A stretch of DNA of 62,697 nt, counting the filler, from Dugesia japonica (Eukaryota), in the NCBI GenBank assembly GCA_001938525.1. It is 6 parts of 6 records of this genome, joined end to end, with 100 filler letters (N's around TTAATTAATTAA, not from the genome) between each part and the next. Parts side by side here need not be neighbours in the genome. Positions count along the whole stretch, not along the records: positions 30,317 to 42,585 come from MQRL01613385.1; positions 42,686 to 51,078 come from MQRL01637677.1; positions 51,179 to 62,697 come from MQRL01228957.1; 3 more parts are not named here. One strand, given 5' to 3'. The notes under the pieces are model-generated. The model worked only from the letters and a program-made list of their open reading frames with translations, did no database searches and was not told the origin of the DNA. Positions 39,170 to 51,954 of this stretch are shown one piece after another. Positions within the stretch are counted from its first letter, which is position 1; each line of letters begins with the position of its first letter. The position numbers were made by a program, and so were the translations under genes.

Positions 39170-39900
39170 AACATATGTAAAAGAATTTGGATTATTACAG
39201 ATCATAAAGCAATTAATTTTATGATAAATACAAAAAACCTGTAACGCCACACTTTCAAACATGGCGGAAGTTTTTGGGCAATTTAGATATTAGAATGAAA
39301 TATTGAAAATGAGAGTTGCATGGCAGATGCAATGTCTAGGAAGGAATGTCCATAATACCATTAATGTCAAATGATTCATGAAAATCCTAAAAAAGGCAAA
39401 ATTAAAACAAAGGTTTTTGCAATAGAATTTACAGAAAACGGATTAAAATGATAAAAGAACTCTGAAGAAATTGAAAATATTAAAAAAAATATTTTTTCTA
39501 ATAAAGTAGAAGATAAAATCTGGATTCCATTTGATAGAAAAGTTGAATTTATCAAAGAAATTCATCTTAGTTTATGTCATGAACTAGTTTATGTCATAAC
39601 ATAAAATAATAAAATTTTCAAATTATTTTGAAAATTACGAAAAATTAAAACTTATAAAAACCTTAAAAAAAAATTATAACAATTCTAAAATTATAATCAA
39701 TTTAGTAAAAAGTGCTGTCTGTATATTAATACTTGGATTCCATTTGATAGAAAAGTTGAATTTATCAAAGAAATTCATCTTCGTTTATGTCATGAAAGAA
39801 TTAAGAAAGTATATGATTTTGTTCGAGAAAACTTTGAAATGAAAAATACTTTAAAAGCAATTATGTTGTAGGGAGTTGCGAATTTAAAAAGCGAAAAAAA
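39170..39900 (+). mobile_element. Ty3/Gypsy RNase H end and integrase zinc-binding fragment
   Basis: KEF..TDHKAINF, ADAMSRKEC, WIPFDRKVEFIKEIHL.LCH; 63-bp duplication at about 39520 and 39734. Confidence 0.75.
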
Positions 39901-40912
39901 CAGGAAAATCGAAAGATAATAAAATATTATGTGATCAAGATATATTTTTATCGATTTCTGTGAACATTATCACGAAAAGTTTACATTATGCCTATTATAC
40001 AGCACTCTCTCCCAATAATTTTGTAAATTGTTTGGATAGAATTTTAAAATTTGAAATTTCAACATGCGCATTATTTTTATGCTCAGCAATATTACTACCA
40101 CTACCAAAACGATTATGCTCTTGAATCCTTGTACAAAGATGACGGCAATCACTCCAATGACAATTTTATTATTTTATAGGATTTCAAAAAAATTTAATAC
40201 AGTTTAAAATTAAAAATTTTTTTAAATATTTGAAAGACGTTTTTTGATTTTTATAGGATTTTAAATTGTAAAAAAAATTTCATAAAATATTATTATAGGA
40301 ACATGTTATTAGAACCAAAAAATTTTTATTAGAAAAAACTTCAATATTTAAAATTAAGAATTATGATTATAGCCATCTTATATTCACCATAATTGCTTGA
40401 ATATTTTTTTAAATAAGACAGACTAAATAAAATTATTTTTCATTTTTGTCTGAAGTTGACGGTTGATCCGTCAAAATATATAACAAAAATAAATTTATTT
40501 TAAATGGCGTTATTTATTTTTCATAAAACATTTACCGTCATTTTGTACATATTTATTTATAAATTAATAATAAATTGTTTTTTATTTTCATTTCTATCAA
40601 ACTTAAATTTTTTTCATAATCTTCTTTATATTTTTAAAGCTTTTTTACTATTATATTTTACTTCGGGAATTTTTTAGTTTTTTGGCAATCGATTGCTTAA
40701 TAAAAAAAATAATAATATTAATAGGGAAAATATAGGCAAAACTTTAGACAAAAAGTTGCAATTTTATTAATGGAAATTTCTTATTTTTTTCTACCAAATT
40801 ATTCAAACTTCATTGTTTTAACTGGGATTTATCATTGGCTTTATTCCGACTAATAAATAAGTAAGTATAATAAGAAATTATGTATTAAAATTATTTAAAA
40901 ATCTATTAAAAA

Positions 40913-41580
40913 AACATTGGAAAGAATGGATTCAACAATGATAATCCTGATTATTGGGAATATGACATCGAAAGATACCTTAACTATGAGATTGACGTAA
41001 TCATCGTCGATGAAACTGATTATGAGCATTATAAAACTTTTATTGGGGAATTAAAAAGAGAATTGAGATTCTATCAAATTAATCATATTAATGTGACAGT
41101 TAAAAGTAGTAAAGTTGAATGTGCAATTGAAAAACAGGTAAAATACACCTAAAATGCAAGCGTCTTGACGTATCCCACATTTACAATTACTAATAATAAT
41201 GATAACCCAAACCTAGCAAATAAACTTATTAAATTAATTATTTTTTTATTTTATTATTATTTTTTTTATATTTTATTTTCAAATTTTATTATTTTAGATT
41301 TGACCTTAAGAACCATACGTAATTATACGCCGAAAAATACATAGCCGTTTTCAGACGAAGAAACCCCATTAAATGGGCATCGTAGATCGGTTGTCGCAAG
41401 GATATCAACTAGCAGGAATCAGAATCTACTAGCTGATTGGGAGTGTCCCTTTGACGATCTAATGATGAAACTCTTCTAAGGCATAGAATTTTTAGATAGT
41501 ATCAAAGGACTATCGAAAACACTATGAACACTCGAGACATCAAATACAAAGTGGTGGACTTCTTTTTGCCATGTAAATGC
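40913..41580 (+). pseudogene. Exon-like segments of an unidentified, decayed gene
   Basis: About 75-codon open frame (NPDYWEYDIERYLNYEIDVIIVDE..) ending CAG|GTAAAA; next ttttag..|GTAAGG segment has in-frame stops. Confidence 0.3.
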
Positions 41581-41895
41581 GTAAGGTTATCACTAATCAA
41601 ACACTAGCCAGGCTCAGTCGGCACTGCTTTCGTTAGAAGTAGTAACAAGGCCTAGTGCTTACATTTAGGTAACATTACACCTTACTGTATTCAATTTATT
41701 TCTATATTTTCTTGTCTATTCCCTTCATAATAATTCTTATATACACTCATATTTTGCTGTGACATAGTTTTATCTATTTTTTTTTGTCAAAACCCAAAAT
41801 GCCGCCCCAATCAGCTAACTCAGATCCCTCAACTTATCTTTTCACATTAACGCATTATCAATAATTTTAAGTCACGCATAATAAATAAAAGTATT

Positions 41896-42122
41896 TCAAT
41901 AGACTTCCGAGATTATATAGATATTGTCCATATGATATATTAAGTCCTTCAAATTTCTTTGTTCTGATGTATAAGCATTTTTATCACCATAAACAATACC
42001 GGTAAGATAATTAAGCATATGGTAATAAATATGCATAGAAAATGGCATGAGAATTGTTAATATATAAATCTCATTGTGCGAAAAGTAAAACCCTTCAGGA
42101 CAATCGTCGAAAATTTGGATTA
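41896..42122 (-). CDS. Possible exon, unknown product
   Basis: Pyrimidine-rich ttgttag acceptor, then an open frame IQIFDDCPEGFYFSHNE.. Confidence 0.3.
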
Positions 42123-42525
42123 CTAACAAAAAAACAACATTTTGATTTAAGCTTTTTAATTTATTGAAATTTTAAAAGAGATTAAACCAATAAAGCAATA
42201 AATATTGAGATAACTAAATTCAACATTTATCTATTATTATATGCTTGTGAATAATGTAAAAATAGATATAGTAGATTCGAAAAAGAATTGACTTATCATT
42301 TATTACGAAGGACTTATTATCCAAAGTAATATAATGCTTTAATTCGGAATTTACTATTAAGAAATCATTGATTTTTTTGTAAATAATTTTTACTATTATC
42401 ATTTTTATTATTGCTGCTTGATTATAATTATATCATAATTATTATTACTGTAATTATATTATTATAATCATTACATTCTTATCATTATTGTAATTATTAT
42501 ATTCATCATTAGTGTTTCATTATTG

Positions 42526-42526
42526 C

Positions 42527-42585
<59 letters not shown>
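42526..42585. repeat. (ATT)n microsatellite
   Basis: ATT run abutting a spacer. Confidence 0.9.
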
Positions 42586-42685
42586 NNNNNNNNNNNNNNN
42601 NNNNNNNNNNNNNNNNNNNNNNNNNNNNNTTAATTAATTAANNNNNNNNNNNNNNNNNNNNNNNNNNNNNNNNNNNNNNNNNNNN

Positions 42686-42758
42686 TAATGTAGATCTTTC
42701 AAATTTCGTGTCTACCTACGCCATTATATTGGCCTTACTCCGGTGTTTCACCCCAACA
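42686..42758. mobile_element. Probable LTR end ...CCCCAACA
   Basis: GGTGTTTCACCCCAACA is the reverse complement of 8627-8643. Confidence 0.5.
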
Positions 42759-43379
42759 AAAGCATTAAAATGAAAGCATAAGCCAATAACAGCAAACGCA
42801 TTTTAAAATTAATTTTTATTTTTGCATTCTGGATTAAGTGTTTTATTTTACAATTGGAGATCAGTCCCCTAGCAAAACCCCTTTAAGAATTTTATCTAGC
42901 GTTTCTATGCTAGATTTTTTGAATAAAACTGGTGACTCGTAACCCGTAGTCCGAGTGCTTGCTTGCATTCCTTTGGTTCGGGTTCTTATTCCCCTTATTT
43001 CAATCGCTTAAGAGACAATATAACAAAAGCGATAATGTTAAGACATTTATTTTTACATTCAGATTAACATCTATGATTAGGTTGAGGACTCGTCATTAAA
43101 ATTAAAGGCAGAAGAGGGGAAATAACCTTTAGAGATCAGGGGTAGCTTACTATCTCCGCGCATACAATACCTCGGTAAAATATTCTCTATTTAAAAAAAT
43201 CCTACCCAACAGAAAATAAGCAATGATTACATAGGGAAGAGAACAAACAAATCATACAATTGATAAATTAGATCCTACCATTGAAACAAAAATCTAAAAT
43301 CAACTACAAAAATCTAACTACTAGATAGATGGTGCATAACACCATTAAACCAAACCCACCACCAGGCGGAAAATTTTAA

Positions 43380-43800
43380 AATTGGTGTTTAACTTTTGAA
43401 AATAAATTTAAAAAAATGCTGATAATTTTTTGAGTGAAATTTTCAAAAAATTTCAAGAAAGGATGCAATTTTTGGGTTAAACTTTTAAAAATTATTGATG
43501 TTGGTATTTGACGAGGTAACTTCATTAGATGAAGAATAGTAAAACTTCAAGCGTTACAACACCAAAACGGTGCGAGAATTAAAGTTGAGTAATAAAAACA
43601 TGTACTTATGTAAATTGACGTGCCATCTACAGTTAGAAAAATAATTTAAGAAACGAAGAATTACTATAAATCGAAGGTTAAAAAAGTGAGTTTACTCTTG
43701 AATAAAGAGTAAAAACCTGAATAATTTCGAGGGGCAAATTACCGAATCCACTTCAAAAGTCTGAGAGAAGGCATTTAAACAAATTCTTTGCAAGGTTCTA
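43380..43800 (+). mobile_element. Highly decayed Ty3/Gypsy RT C-terminal fragment
   Basis: LKINLKKC..MQFLG..GI..KTVREL..AFKQI pattern. Confidence 0.45.
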
Positions 43801-44257
43801 ACGGGTGGTAAGCGAATAGCGCCTCCGACATCAAGATAAACTGAGTTGCCTAGGTGGTATATCACCAACTTTTTAAAGCTATATTAAGAGAAATAAGGAA
43901 TTTCTGATTTATTATTTTTATTTAAAAAAATATCATATATTTGAAAGTTTTAATAAATTTTTTGATAAATAATTTTTAAATAAAATGTATTATTTAATAT
44001 ATGTAAAATTGTGTAAAAAATGTTTCTCAGAAGTTTGATTATTGCTATTTTGAATTATAAATAAGACCTACAGAAATACTAACAAAGGATTTTTCAAAAA
44101 ATGGTGTGTTTTAATGTGTCAATGTATTTTGATAAATTCAAGATTTTTTGAATTGTTTTATTTTAATTTCTTTAATTTTAGTACTTAGTTGCAAAACTTT
44201 ATTACTTATTAATAATATTTGAATATCATGAATGTTATATAAAATTTTAGAAATTTA

Positions 44258-47200
44258 ATGAGCGAAATTTCATTACAGCCTTTGGTTGAAACAACTTTAA
44301 GTGTAGTTTTAGAACCAAATTCTATAGATTTAAGTTACAAAGTCAATGATCACCACACAAATAATTTTTCACTATCACAAGAACGAAGTGAAAGTGATTC
44401 TATTCAATGTTATATGAATCCAACAAACGCATTGTCATTTATTAATAATTCCAATGTTTTCCAAACTGTGGAAGATGACTGCGGTGAAATATATTATGCA
44501 TGCCTTGGTCCTAATAATAATAATATTGTTAATCACCCGGAACAAGTTTTACAGTTAATTCCTCAAAATCAGATTTCCAATTATATTATTTCAGATAAGG
44601 AATATGCAAATGTAAATTTTGTAAATAGCTCTGTAATCAATGAAAATAATTATTATGATATTCACAATTCTACCTACGATTCTTCTAAATTTCATTATGA
44701 AAATTTGGTGACTAACTCTCATAAATCGATTTGTAATAATGGTAAGCAAATATGTGAAGTTTGTTCTCTTGAATTTCCTTCTAAACGAACATATTTGAAG
44801 CATATGTCTATTCATGAAAACGATCGTGAATTTAAGTGTTCTTGGTGTAAATTAAGCTATAATCATGAGGTCAATTTGCTCGTTCATATTGCAATAATTC
44901 ATTCAAATGAATGCACTGTAGTTGATGAAGTTAGTCAGGAAATTAATTATAAGTGTGCAATTTGCTCTTGCATATTTTCTAGAAAAAAAGCTCATCAAGC
45001 TCACTGTTTAATTCATCAGGTTGATGAAGAATTACAATGTGAACACTGCACATCGCTGTTTAAATGTAAAATTCTTCTTGATCGACATTTAAATGATCAT
45101 AAAATTGGAGATGAATGCTCTGAAAGCAAGATGCCAACAAATTATTTAAAATGTAAAATATGTCATGAAATATTTGAAAATGTGGGTAATGTAAAGAAAC
45201 ACTATATAAGATGTCACCCTAAGAATAAGTTGCAGTGGAATGAAGAAATGGAATCAGCAAAATTGGAAGAAACTATTGTTTTAGATGAAGAAAAGTCAGG
45301 TAAGCGGAAATCTAGTAAAATAGCTTGTCAGACAATTAAGTTATATGCGCAAGGTCGAACTCAGAATAATGAAATAAAACAGGATAGTAACAAGTCATTA
45401 AATAAAAGAGGAAGGCCCAAAAAATCTGAAGGTAAATCATTGAAAAGTAATAGTAGTTGTATGGTTTGTAATAAATCTTTTAAAACACCAATTTTGTTAC
45501 GTCGTCATGAAGTAACTCACACTGGTGTTAAAGAATTTGAATGTCCAATTTGTAAAAAAGGGTTTACTCAAAAATCCTCTGTAAAAATTCACATGGTTGT
45601 TCATGATAATGTGAAAGGATTTTCATGTCAATTTTGCAGTAAGACATTTACATATGAGCATAATATGAATACTCATATTAAAGTGATTCATAAAAACAAT
45701 GATATGCTATCCAAATCCCAAGAAGCAATCGTAGTAAATGAATCTAATGAACTCCCAAAAAATGCAGTTAACGCTGAATCGCAAGATGCAAGATTAAGAA
45801 AAATAGACTGCGTCTCTGAAGTTGTTAATCCTTCTACAAATGATGATGCTGAAATTTCTCAATATTTGTGGAATGATAATCCGTTAGACCATTCTCTCGT
45901 TGACAATATGTCATATCAGCCTAATCAAACTGTTAGTGATAGTTATATGCCATCTGCAGTTAATTTTAGTAAAGTTGATTGGGATAAATCTCATCAAGGT
46001 ATTCTTCTATCTGAAGATATTGAGCGAATTGATAAAGAAACGGGTCAAGTCCAAATTCATGAAGTTATTAAAGATCAAGTCACAGGTTTTAAAAGATTTC
46101 GTTGTCGATTTTGTTGTAAACTTTTTAGGAAAAGTTGTGATTTAACTAGGCATGTTCGTCTGCATACTCAACTCAAACCATTTCAGTGTTACATGTGTCA
46201 TAAAAGTTTTCGTTTGAAATCAATATTAAAAAATCATTTCAAATCTCATTGGAAATTGAAAGAATATTCGTGTGAAATATGTAAAAAAAGTTTCAATTTG
46301 AAACAGACATTAAAAGTACATCAGCAACTTCATAATCCAAATACTTTGAAATATTGCTGTAAATCGTGCGATAAACAGTTTAATACATCATTTCATTTAA
46401 AATACCATACTAATACTAATCACCGAGTTGTAATTCAGGATCTAGAAGAAATTGCGAAAATTGAAACCGAGAAAGCTATAAAACCTTTGATCTGGAATGA
46501 ATTACTGAATCAGCCAGTACCGATTCCTGATGTTGAAAGAAAAAAATTAAATAATCGTCTCTTTAAGTGTAATCATTGTGGCAAGTCTTATAAATTCAAA
46601 AAATATTTAAATGAACATTTAAAAGATCATTTATCTGCTAATAAAACCAATATTTGTCATTTTTGTAATAAATCATTTGTCACATATCGATCCATGCAAC
46701 AACATTTGCGTACTCAACATTTAAATCGAAGAAAATTCTCTTGCTTACAATGTCCGGCATTTTTTATTACAAAAGCTTCTCTTATTCGACATGGATTAGT
46801 TCATTCCAATTCAAAACCTTTCGCTTGCCCACTTTGTCTAAGACGATTTAAAGCGAAAATCTACTGTGATCGGCACATCTCAGCAAAGAAATGCAGTAAA
46901 CGGAAATCAAATTTTAACAAATCTGAAGTTTCTAAAATTGGAGAAAGCAATTTGTTGATTGGTTCAATTAATTCTTTAGTCAATCCATTAGAAACAGAAA
47001 TAATGACTAATGGCCAAACTGAAACATTTGCTAATTTTCGATTGGAAGATTTAGATTTGAATACGTCGCATTCATCAAACATTTTAGTCACGAATTATGT
47101 AAATGAGTTCTCGTCATTTCCTAGCACAGAGAAATACATGATAGTGTCTCTTGATAATCCTACTGGAAAAGACCATATAAACAATCAGAATGTCAATTCT

Positions 47201-49033
47201 TGTAATCAAAACACATATTACACATCTAACATTCTTCTTGATGATTCATCTTTGCTAGAAATTGCTAGAAGTCAAATCGATAACAGTACAGACTCATCTG
47301 AAAATATAATGGGTCTATTAGAAGGTCAAATAGGAGTTACTCCTATCGATATTGGGTCATTATTTGCCGTTCAAAGCTTCAATGGAAATTTGACTTCGAT
47401 TCCGGGTCAATTAGTTGATGGAACTATTCAGTCGAGTGACATTGATTATCCTCAGCAAGATAATATTTACTACTATCAAACAATTAATGAGATTTCATCA
47501 GAATGTCAAGAGCCCCCAAAGGGCTCTTTAGCCGACAAATTTCCTATACTAAAAGCTTCTTTATTTTCTGATGAAGAATTAAATAACTCTAAAGTAACAT
47601 CCAGTGTCCCGGTTTATAGTAATAACAATAATGCTCAGTTTATTTTACCTAGTGATAATAATCAATTGAATGTGTCTACTGCTACAGGTATAATAGAAAA
47701 AATACACGATATGAAATTTTATCATGGGTGTGCTAATTGTGATCAGCAATTTAAAAATTCAGCAACCTTAGTTCAACATGTCAAAAATAGTCACAAAATT
47801 CAAAGAGATTTCGTGTGCAATGTGTGTCACAAAGCATTTTCCGCAAAATTATCATTATGGGCTCATTCCAAAACTCATATAGATTCTCGTTCATTTGGTT
47901 GTTTCGTTTGTATAGCTTGTAACCAGAGATTTATATCAGTGCCGTCTTTAAGTCGACATGTTAGAATGCAACATAATGATAATTTGAATCTTTATCGATG
48001 TACACATTGTAATAAAGTTTATAAAACCACACGAGAACTTGATTCGCATATTAAACAACTTGTTTCAGATTATGACGCTTTAATTATTGATTCTAATATT
48101 ATAGAAAATTCAAATTCCAATGAACTGTTAATAACAGGACAATTTGCCAAGTCTAATACTGACAGAGCTAATGAAGTAGATATTGATAAAGTTTATTTTA
48201 CCAGCTTGAACAGTTCTCAAATCGACCATATTGCAACTTTAGATGTTTCAAGTGCATCAAAATTATCATTGAAAGAATTGATTAAAGCAGCTAAAGAAAC
48301 TAAAGAGTTATCAAAATTAACCGATTTTAACAAATCAACAATAGATTCTCTATTGAGTTATCCTTACAGTTGTTCGATTTGCCACAAAGGTTTCAATAGA
48401 GCTTCCAATTTACAACAACATTTATCGGTTCACACAAAACTGAAGCCATATCAATGCACAAAGTGTCCAAAACGGTTCAGACATCGTTGTAGCTTGAAAA
48501 CACATGAAGCTACAAAGCATTGTTCAGTTACGAAATTGCTCAGATGTCATTTATGTTTGAAATTACTTAGGTCTCAAATAGCATTGAGAAATCATATGAA
48601 ACTTCATATGCGAAATTATGAGTTTCATTGTAATATATGTTTTAAAGGTTTTGATACATTAGAAGAGCATTCTAAACACGCTGAATTAAAGCATAGCCAA
48701 AATAAAGGTACGTCAAAATTCACTGAGACAATTAATAGTGAAGTAAAAGAAATTGCTTCAGAAATTCCTAAAAAATTATTCAAATGTCTTTCTTGTTCTT
48801 TTATTTTTAACACAAGATCAAAATATGACAATCATTTTTGTGTTGGTTTAAATACAGAAAAGTCACAACTGAATCGTTGTTGCGATAAAACTTTTGAATC
48901 TACTTCTCAGTTGCTTTATCATATGCAGGAAGTTCATAATCAAATTATTCAATATAATTGTGCTCAATGTAATATCATGTTTGCCCAAGAATCATCATTT
49001 ATTAATCATCAAAAGTCTGTACATCATTTATAA
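44258..49033 (+). CDS. ZNF236: Zinc finger protein 236-like, about 27 C2H2 fingers in clusters plus an AT-hook
   Basis: Intact 1591-aa ORF. The clusters CEVCSLEFP..FSRKKAHQAHCLIHQVDEELQC, CRFCCKLFRKSCDLTRHVRLHTQLKPFQC and KPFACPLC..YCDRH parallel ZNF236 as I recall it; KRGRPKK; AATAAA at about 49125. Confidence 0.85.
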   Translation: MSEISLQPLVETTLSVVLEPNSIDLSYKVNDHHTNNFSLSQERSESDSIQCYMNPTNALSFINNSNVFQTVEDDCGEIYYACLGPNNNNIVNHPEQVLQLIPQNQISNYIISDKEYANVNFVNSSVINENNYYDIHNSTYDSSKFHYENLVTNSHKSICNNGKQICEVCSLEFPSKRTYLKHMSIHENDREFKCSWCKLSYNHEVNLLVHIAIIHSNECTVVDEVSQEINYKCAICSCIFSRKKAHQAHCLIHQVDEELQCEHCTSLFKCKILLDRHLNDHKIGDECSESKMPTNYLKCKICHEIFENVGNVKKHYIRCHPKNKLQWNEEMESAKLEETIVLDEEKSGKRKSSKIACQTIKLYAQGRTQNNEIKQDSNKSLNKRGRPKKSEGKSLKSNSSCMVCNKSFKTPILLRRHEVTHTGVKEFECPICKKGFTQKSSVKIHMVVHDNVKGFSCQFCSKTFTYEHNMNTHIKVIHKNNDMLSKSQEAIVVNESNELPKNAVNAESQDARLRKIDCVSEVVNPSTNDDAEISQYLWNDNPLDHSLVDNMSYQPNQTVSDSYMPSAVNFSKVDWDKSHQGILLSEDIERIDKETGQVQIHEVIKDQVTGFKRFRCRFCCKLFRKSCDLTRHVRLHTQLKPFQCYMCHKSFRLKSILKNHFKSHWKLKEYSCEICKKSFNLKQTLKVHQQLHNPNTLKYCCKSCDKQFNTSFHLKYHTNTNHRVVIQDLEEIAKIETEKAIKPLIWNELLNQPVPIPDVERKKLNNRLFKCNHCGKSYKFKKYLNEHLKDHLSANKTNICHFCNKSFVTYRSMQQHLRTQHLNRRKFSCLQCPAFFITKASLIRHGLVHSNSKPFACPLCLRRFKAKIYCDRHISAKKCSKRKSNFNKSEVSKIGESNLLIGSINSLVNPLETEIMTNGQTETFANFRLEDLDLNTSHSSNILVTNYVNEFSSFPSTEKYMIVSLDNPTGKDHINNQNVNSCNQNTYYTSNILLDDSSLLEIARSQIDNSTDSSENIMGLLEGQIGVTPIDIGSLFAVQSFNGNLTSIPGQLVDGTIQSSDIDYPQQDNIYYYQTINEISSECQEPPKGSLADKFPILKASLFSDEELNNSKVTSSVPVYSNNNNAQFILPSDNNQLNVSTATGIIEKIHDMKFYHGCANCDQQFKNSATLVQHVKNSHKIQRDFVCNVCHKAFSAKLSLWAHSKTHIDSRSFGCFVCIACNQRFISVPSLSRHVRMQHNDNLNLYRCTHCNKVYKTTRELDSHIKQLVSDYDALIIDSNIIENSNSNELLITGQFAKSNTDRANEVDIDKVYFTSLNSSQIDHIATLDVSSASKLSLKELIKAAKETKELSKLTDFNKSTIDSLLSYPYSCSICHKGFNRASNLQQHLSVHTKLKPYQCTKCPKRFRHRCSLKTHEATKHCSVTKLLRCHLCLKLLRSQIALRNHMKLHMRNYEFHCNICFKGFDTLEEHSKHAELKHSQNKGTSKFTETINSEVKEIASEIPKKLFKCLSCSFIFNTRSKYDNHFCVGLNTEKSQLNRCCDKTFESTSQLLYHMQEVHNQIIQYNCAQCNIMFAQESSFINHQKSVHHL

Positions 49034-50539
49034 ATATTTATTTGAAGAAAGATTTTGAGGTATTGTTTTAAATTCAAATGTATTTAATATATAATTCGAA
49101 GACATGTATATTTTTTTCATTGTAAATAAAAATTAGTTTTGATACCATTAACTTTTAAAATCAATTGGTAAAGTTTTCCGAGTAAACTTGTAACTAAAAT
49201 TTTGGATGTTATCACAGTTCAATAATTTGAGTTAGAATATTTTTAATTTTATTTAAATCACATTTAATTACGTGATTATTGTAATAATACATTAATATTC
49301 AGTTATAAAATGTTACATCTAGTTTCGATTATATACCAAATTATCGGGTTAAAACAGTGCTTAATTTTTATCAAATCGAAACCATGTAATTCTCAATGTG
49401 TACCTGCTTCCAACGAAGGGGTAAATCATGAATTTCTCTTGTTTAATTCAATTTGCATTCAGTATCAGGATACTCAGAATGAGGCGAAGTAAAGATTAAA
49501 AAAATTGTTAAATTCGATGAAAGAGAATGAAGCGATATTCAACAAGGAAACTCGGAAGAAGAAAACAAGATAACCAGAGAAAGAAGTTGTGCAAAATAAG
49601 CGGATTATTGTGTCCCACTGGAGTCTAGTAATTAGACGACAAATATATAGGAGGAAATCTGAAATTTTAGGAAATGCAAATGTTGGGTATAATTGGTTTG
49701 TGATTTTACGGCTGTTGATTTTATCCCCTGTGTATATGTCAATACTATACTATATAATAAATATTCAATGATGTAAATAGAGTTATATAGTGTAAATTGC
49801 CTTATATAAATAAATAAATAAACACTTGTAAAAGTACCCTTTTATTTTTGATGTATACACAAANNNNNNNNNNNNNNNNNNNNNNNNNNNNNNNNNNNNN
49901 NNNNNNNNNNNNNNNNNNNNNNNNNNNNNNNNNNNNNNNNNNNNNNNNNNNNNNNNNNNNNNNNNNNNNNNNNNNNNNNNNNNNNNNNNNNNNNNNNNNN
50001 NNNNNNNNNNNNNNNNNNNNNNNNNNNNNNNNNNNNNNNNNNNNNNNNNNNNNNNNNNNNNNNNNNNNNAATTTTTCACCAATTAAAACAAAATCAATAA
50101 ATTTCAGCATAAAAATAATGTTCAATAATAAATTCAGATTATTTAAAAACTTTCCCAGTAAAAAACAAAATCAATAAATTTCAGCATAAAACTAAAATAA
50201 TTGAAACACTATACAAATAAAATAAAAATAATTGAAACACTATACAATTTATAAAAATAAAATAATTAAAATAAATAGTGTCATTAAAGGAATATGATTT
50301 ATGATCAATATTTGGATTGACATCTGGATGATCGAATTATGTTTGATGAACTGATTGAGGATTGATTGAGGTGATGTGATGTTATGTTTGGATGANNNNN
50401 NNNNNNNNNNNNNNNNNNNNNNNNNNNGATTGAGGTAATGTGATGTTAAGTTTGCGTGTTGTGCATGCTGTGTTTTGTGTGTTACAAATGTATCCCAACA
50501 CAAAATTTGTTAAAAACTAAGGCTACTTAAGCAACTACG

Positions 50540-50800
50540 AAAAAGAAGCAACTGAAATGTTCGAAATTATATTTGTGACTGTTAAGGGACATTCAAGAAA
50601 AAAAGGAACAAAAAAATACATACTGGCTATAATAGATCTATATCATATATAAAGAGACAAAATAGAGAACAAATGGATTTTTAGATGTGTTTGCTCAAAT
50701 GAAATTAGAGTAGATTGTTGGTAGGCATTCGAATCATGAGTAATGAAAGACTTTATAAAGAAGTTAGATTGTAAGGCAATTTTGGACAGTTCGACATTTT
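50540..50800 (+). mobile_element. Gypsy integrase fragment
   Basis: KKYILAIIDL, ENKWIFR, EIRVD..AFES. Confidence 0.55.
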
Positions 50801-51199
50801 CACGGTATTAAGAAGGTAGATTGGATAAGTACAAACAAAGGAAAGATAACAGGAACAAGTGAAGTACAGATCGTTTTTTAATAAATATTAGAAGTGTTGG
50901 GCTAACTAACAGATTGAAACGAAAGAACATAAATGCGGTTAATTAAATAATAATCTCCGTAGAAAATAACTGAAAAATAAAGCAAATAAATTAGGGAGCA
51001 TTATAAACAAAAGAAATGAAAACAATAACGTCGCAATGCAAGAAATATTGAAGGAACGAATAATAATTATTAATGTGTNNNNNNNNNNNNNNNNNNNNNN
51101 NNNNNNNNNNNNNNNNNNNNNNTTAATTAATTAANNNNNNNNNNNNNNNNNNNNNNNNNNNNNNNNNNNNNNNNNNNNTACATATATTTAATCGGTAAA

Positions 51200-51954
51200 A
51201 TATACACCATTTTTTCGATTATTTGTCGCCATCTTTGAGGAAGCTTCATGATTCCATCCTCCCAGAACTTGTCAACTTTTTAGGATTGTTAAATACAAAC
51301 CATTTTTTATCACCAGTTATCATTCTTTTCATAAACGAATCATCGGTGTTTCTTACAAGTAACGAATTNNNNNNNNNNNNNNNNNNNNNNNNNNNNNNNN
51401 NNNNNNNNNNNNNNNNNNNNNNNNNNNNGAATCGATTGGAAAATGGTTACCAAGGCCATTCAAATGTCTTGAAACAATCACATGAGAGATTTTGAGTTTT
51501 TCTGCGATTGATCGTGTTGTGGAATGAGGATAAATTTGAAGAATTGATTCAATGGCATCACCATCAACGACACTAGGCCTGCCCGAGCGCTCGCTGTTTT
51601 CTAATTTAAGATATTCGCTTTTAAATTGCGCAAACCATTTATAAACCGTGCTTTCCAGAACGGCGTCATCCCCATAAACAGAACAAATCTTTCTTTTGGT
51701 TGAAGCACTATTTTTCCCTTTTCTGAAATAATACAGCATTAAGGGCCTGAAATGGAACTTTTTCCTTTCCATTTTGATAGATAATTTTACGATTTAGAAA
51801 TTTAAAAATGTGATCATTAATTATGTCAAGTGATGAAGTAAAACAAAGTTTTTATGATAAAATATATATTACTAAATTATATTAGTAACTTATATCTCGT
51901 TTAGGTGTTCAAATACAATATAGTAAAACTCTACGAACTTATGTTACAACCTAA
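51200..51954 (-). mobile_element. mariner element, 5' half with TIR
   Basis: MERKKFHFRPLMLYYFRKG..VYG..TVYKWFAQFK..RSGRP, then MITGDKKW; TIR TTAGGTTGTAACATAAGTTCG flanked by TA at 51955. Confidence 0.92.
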
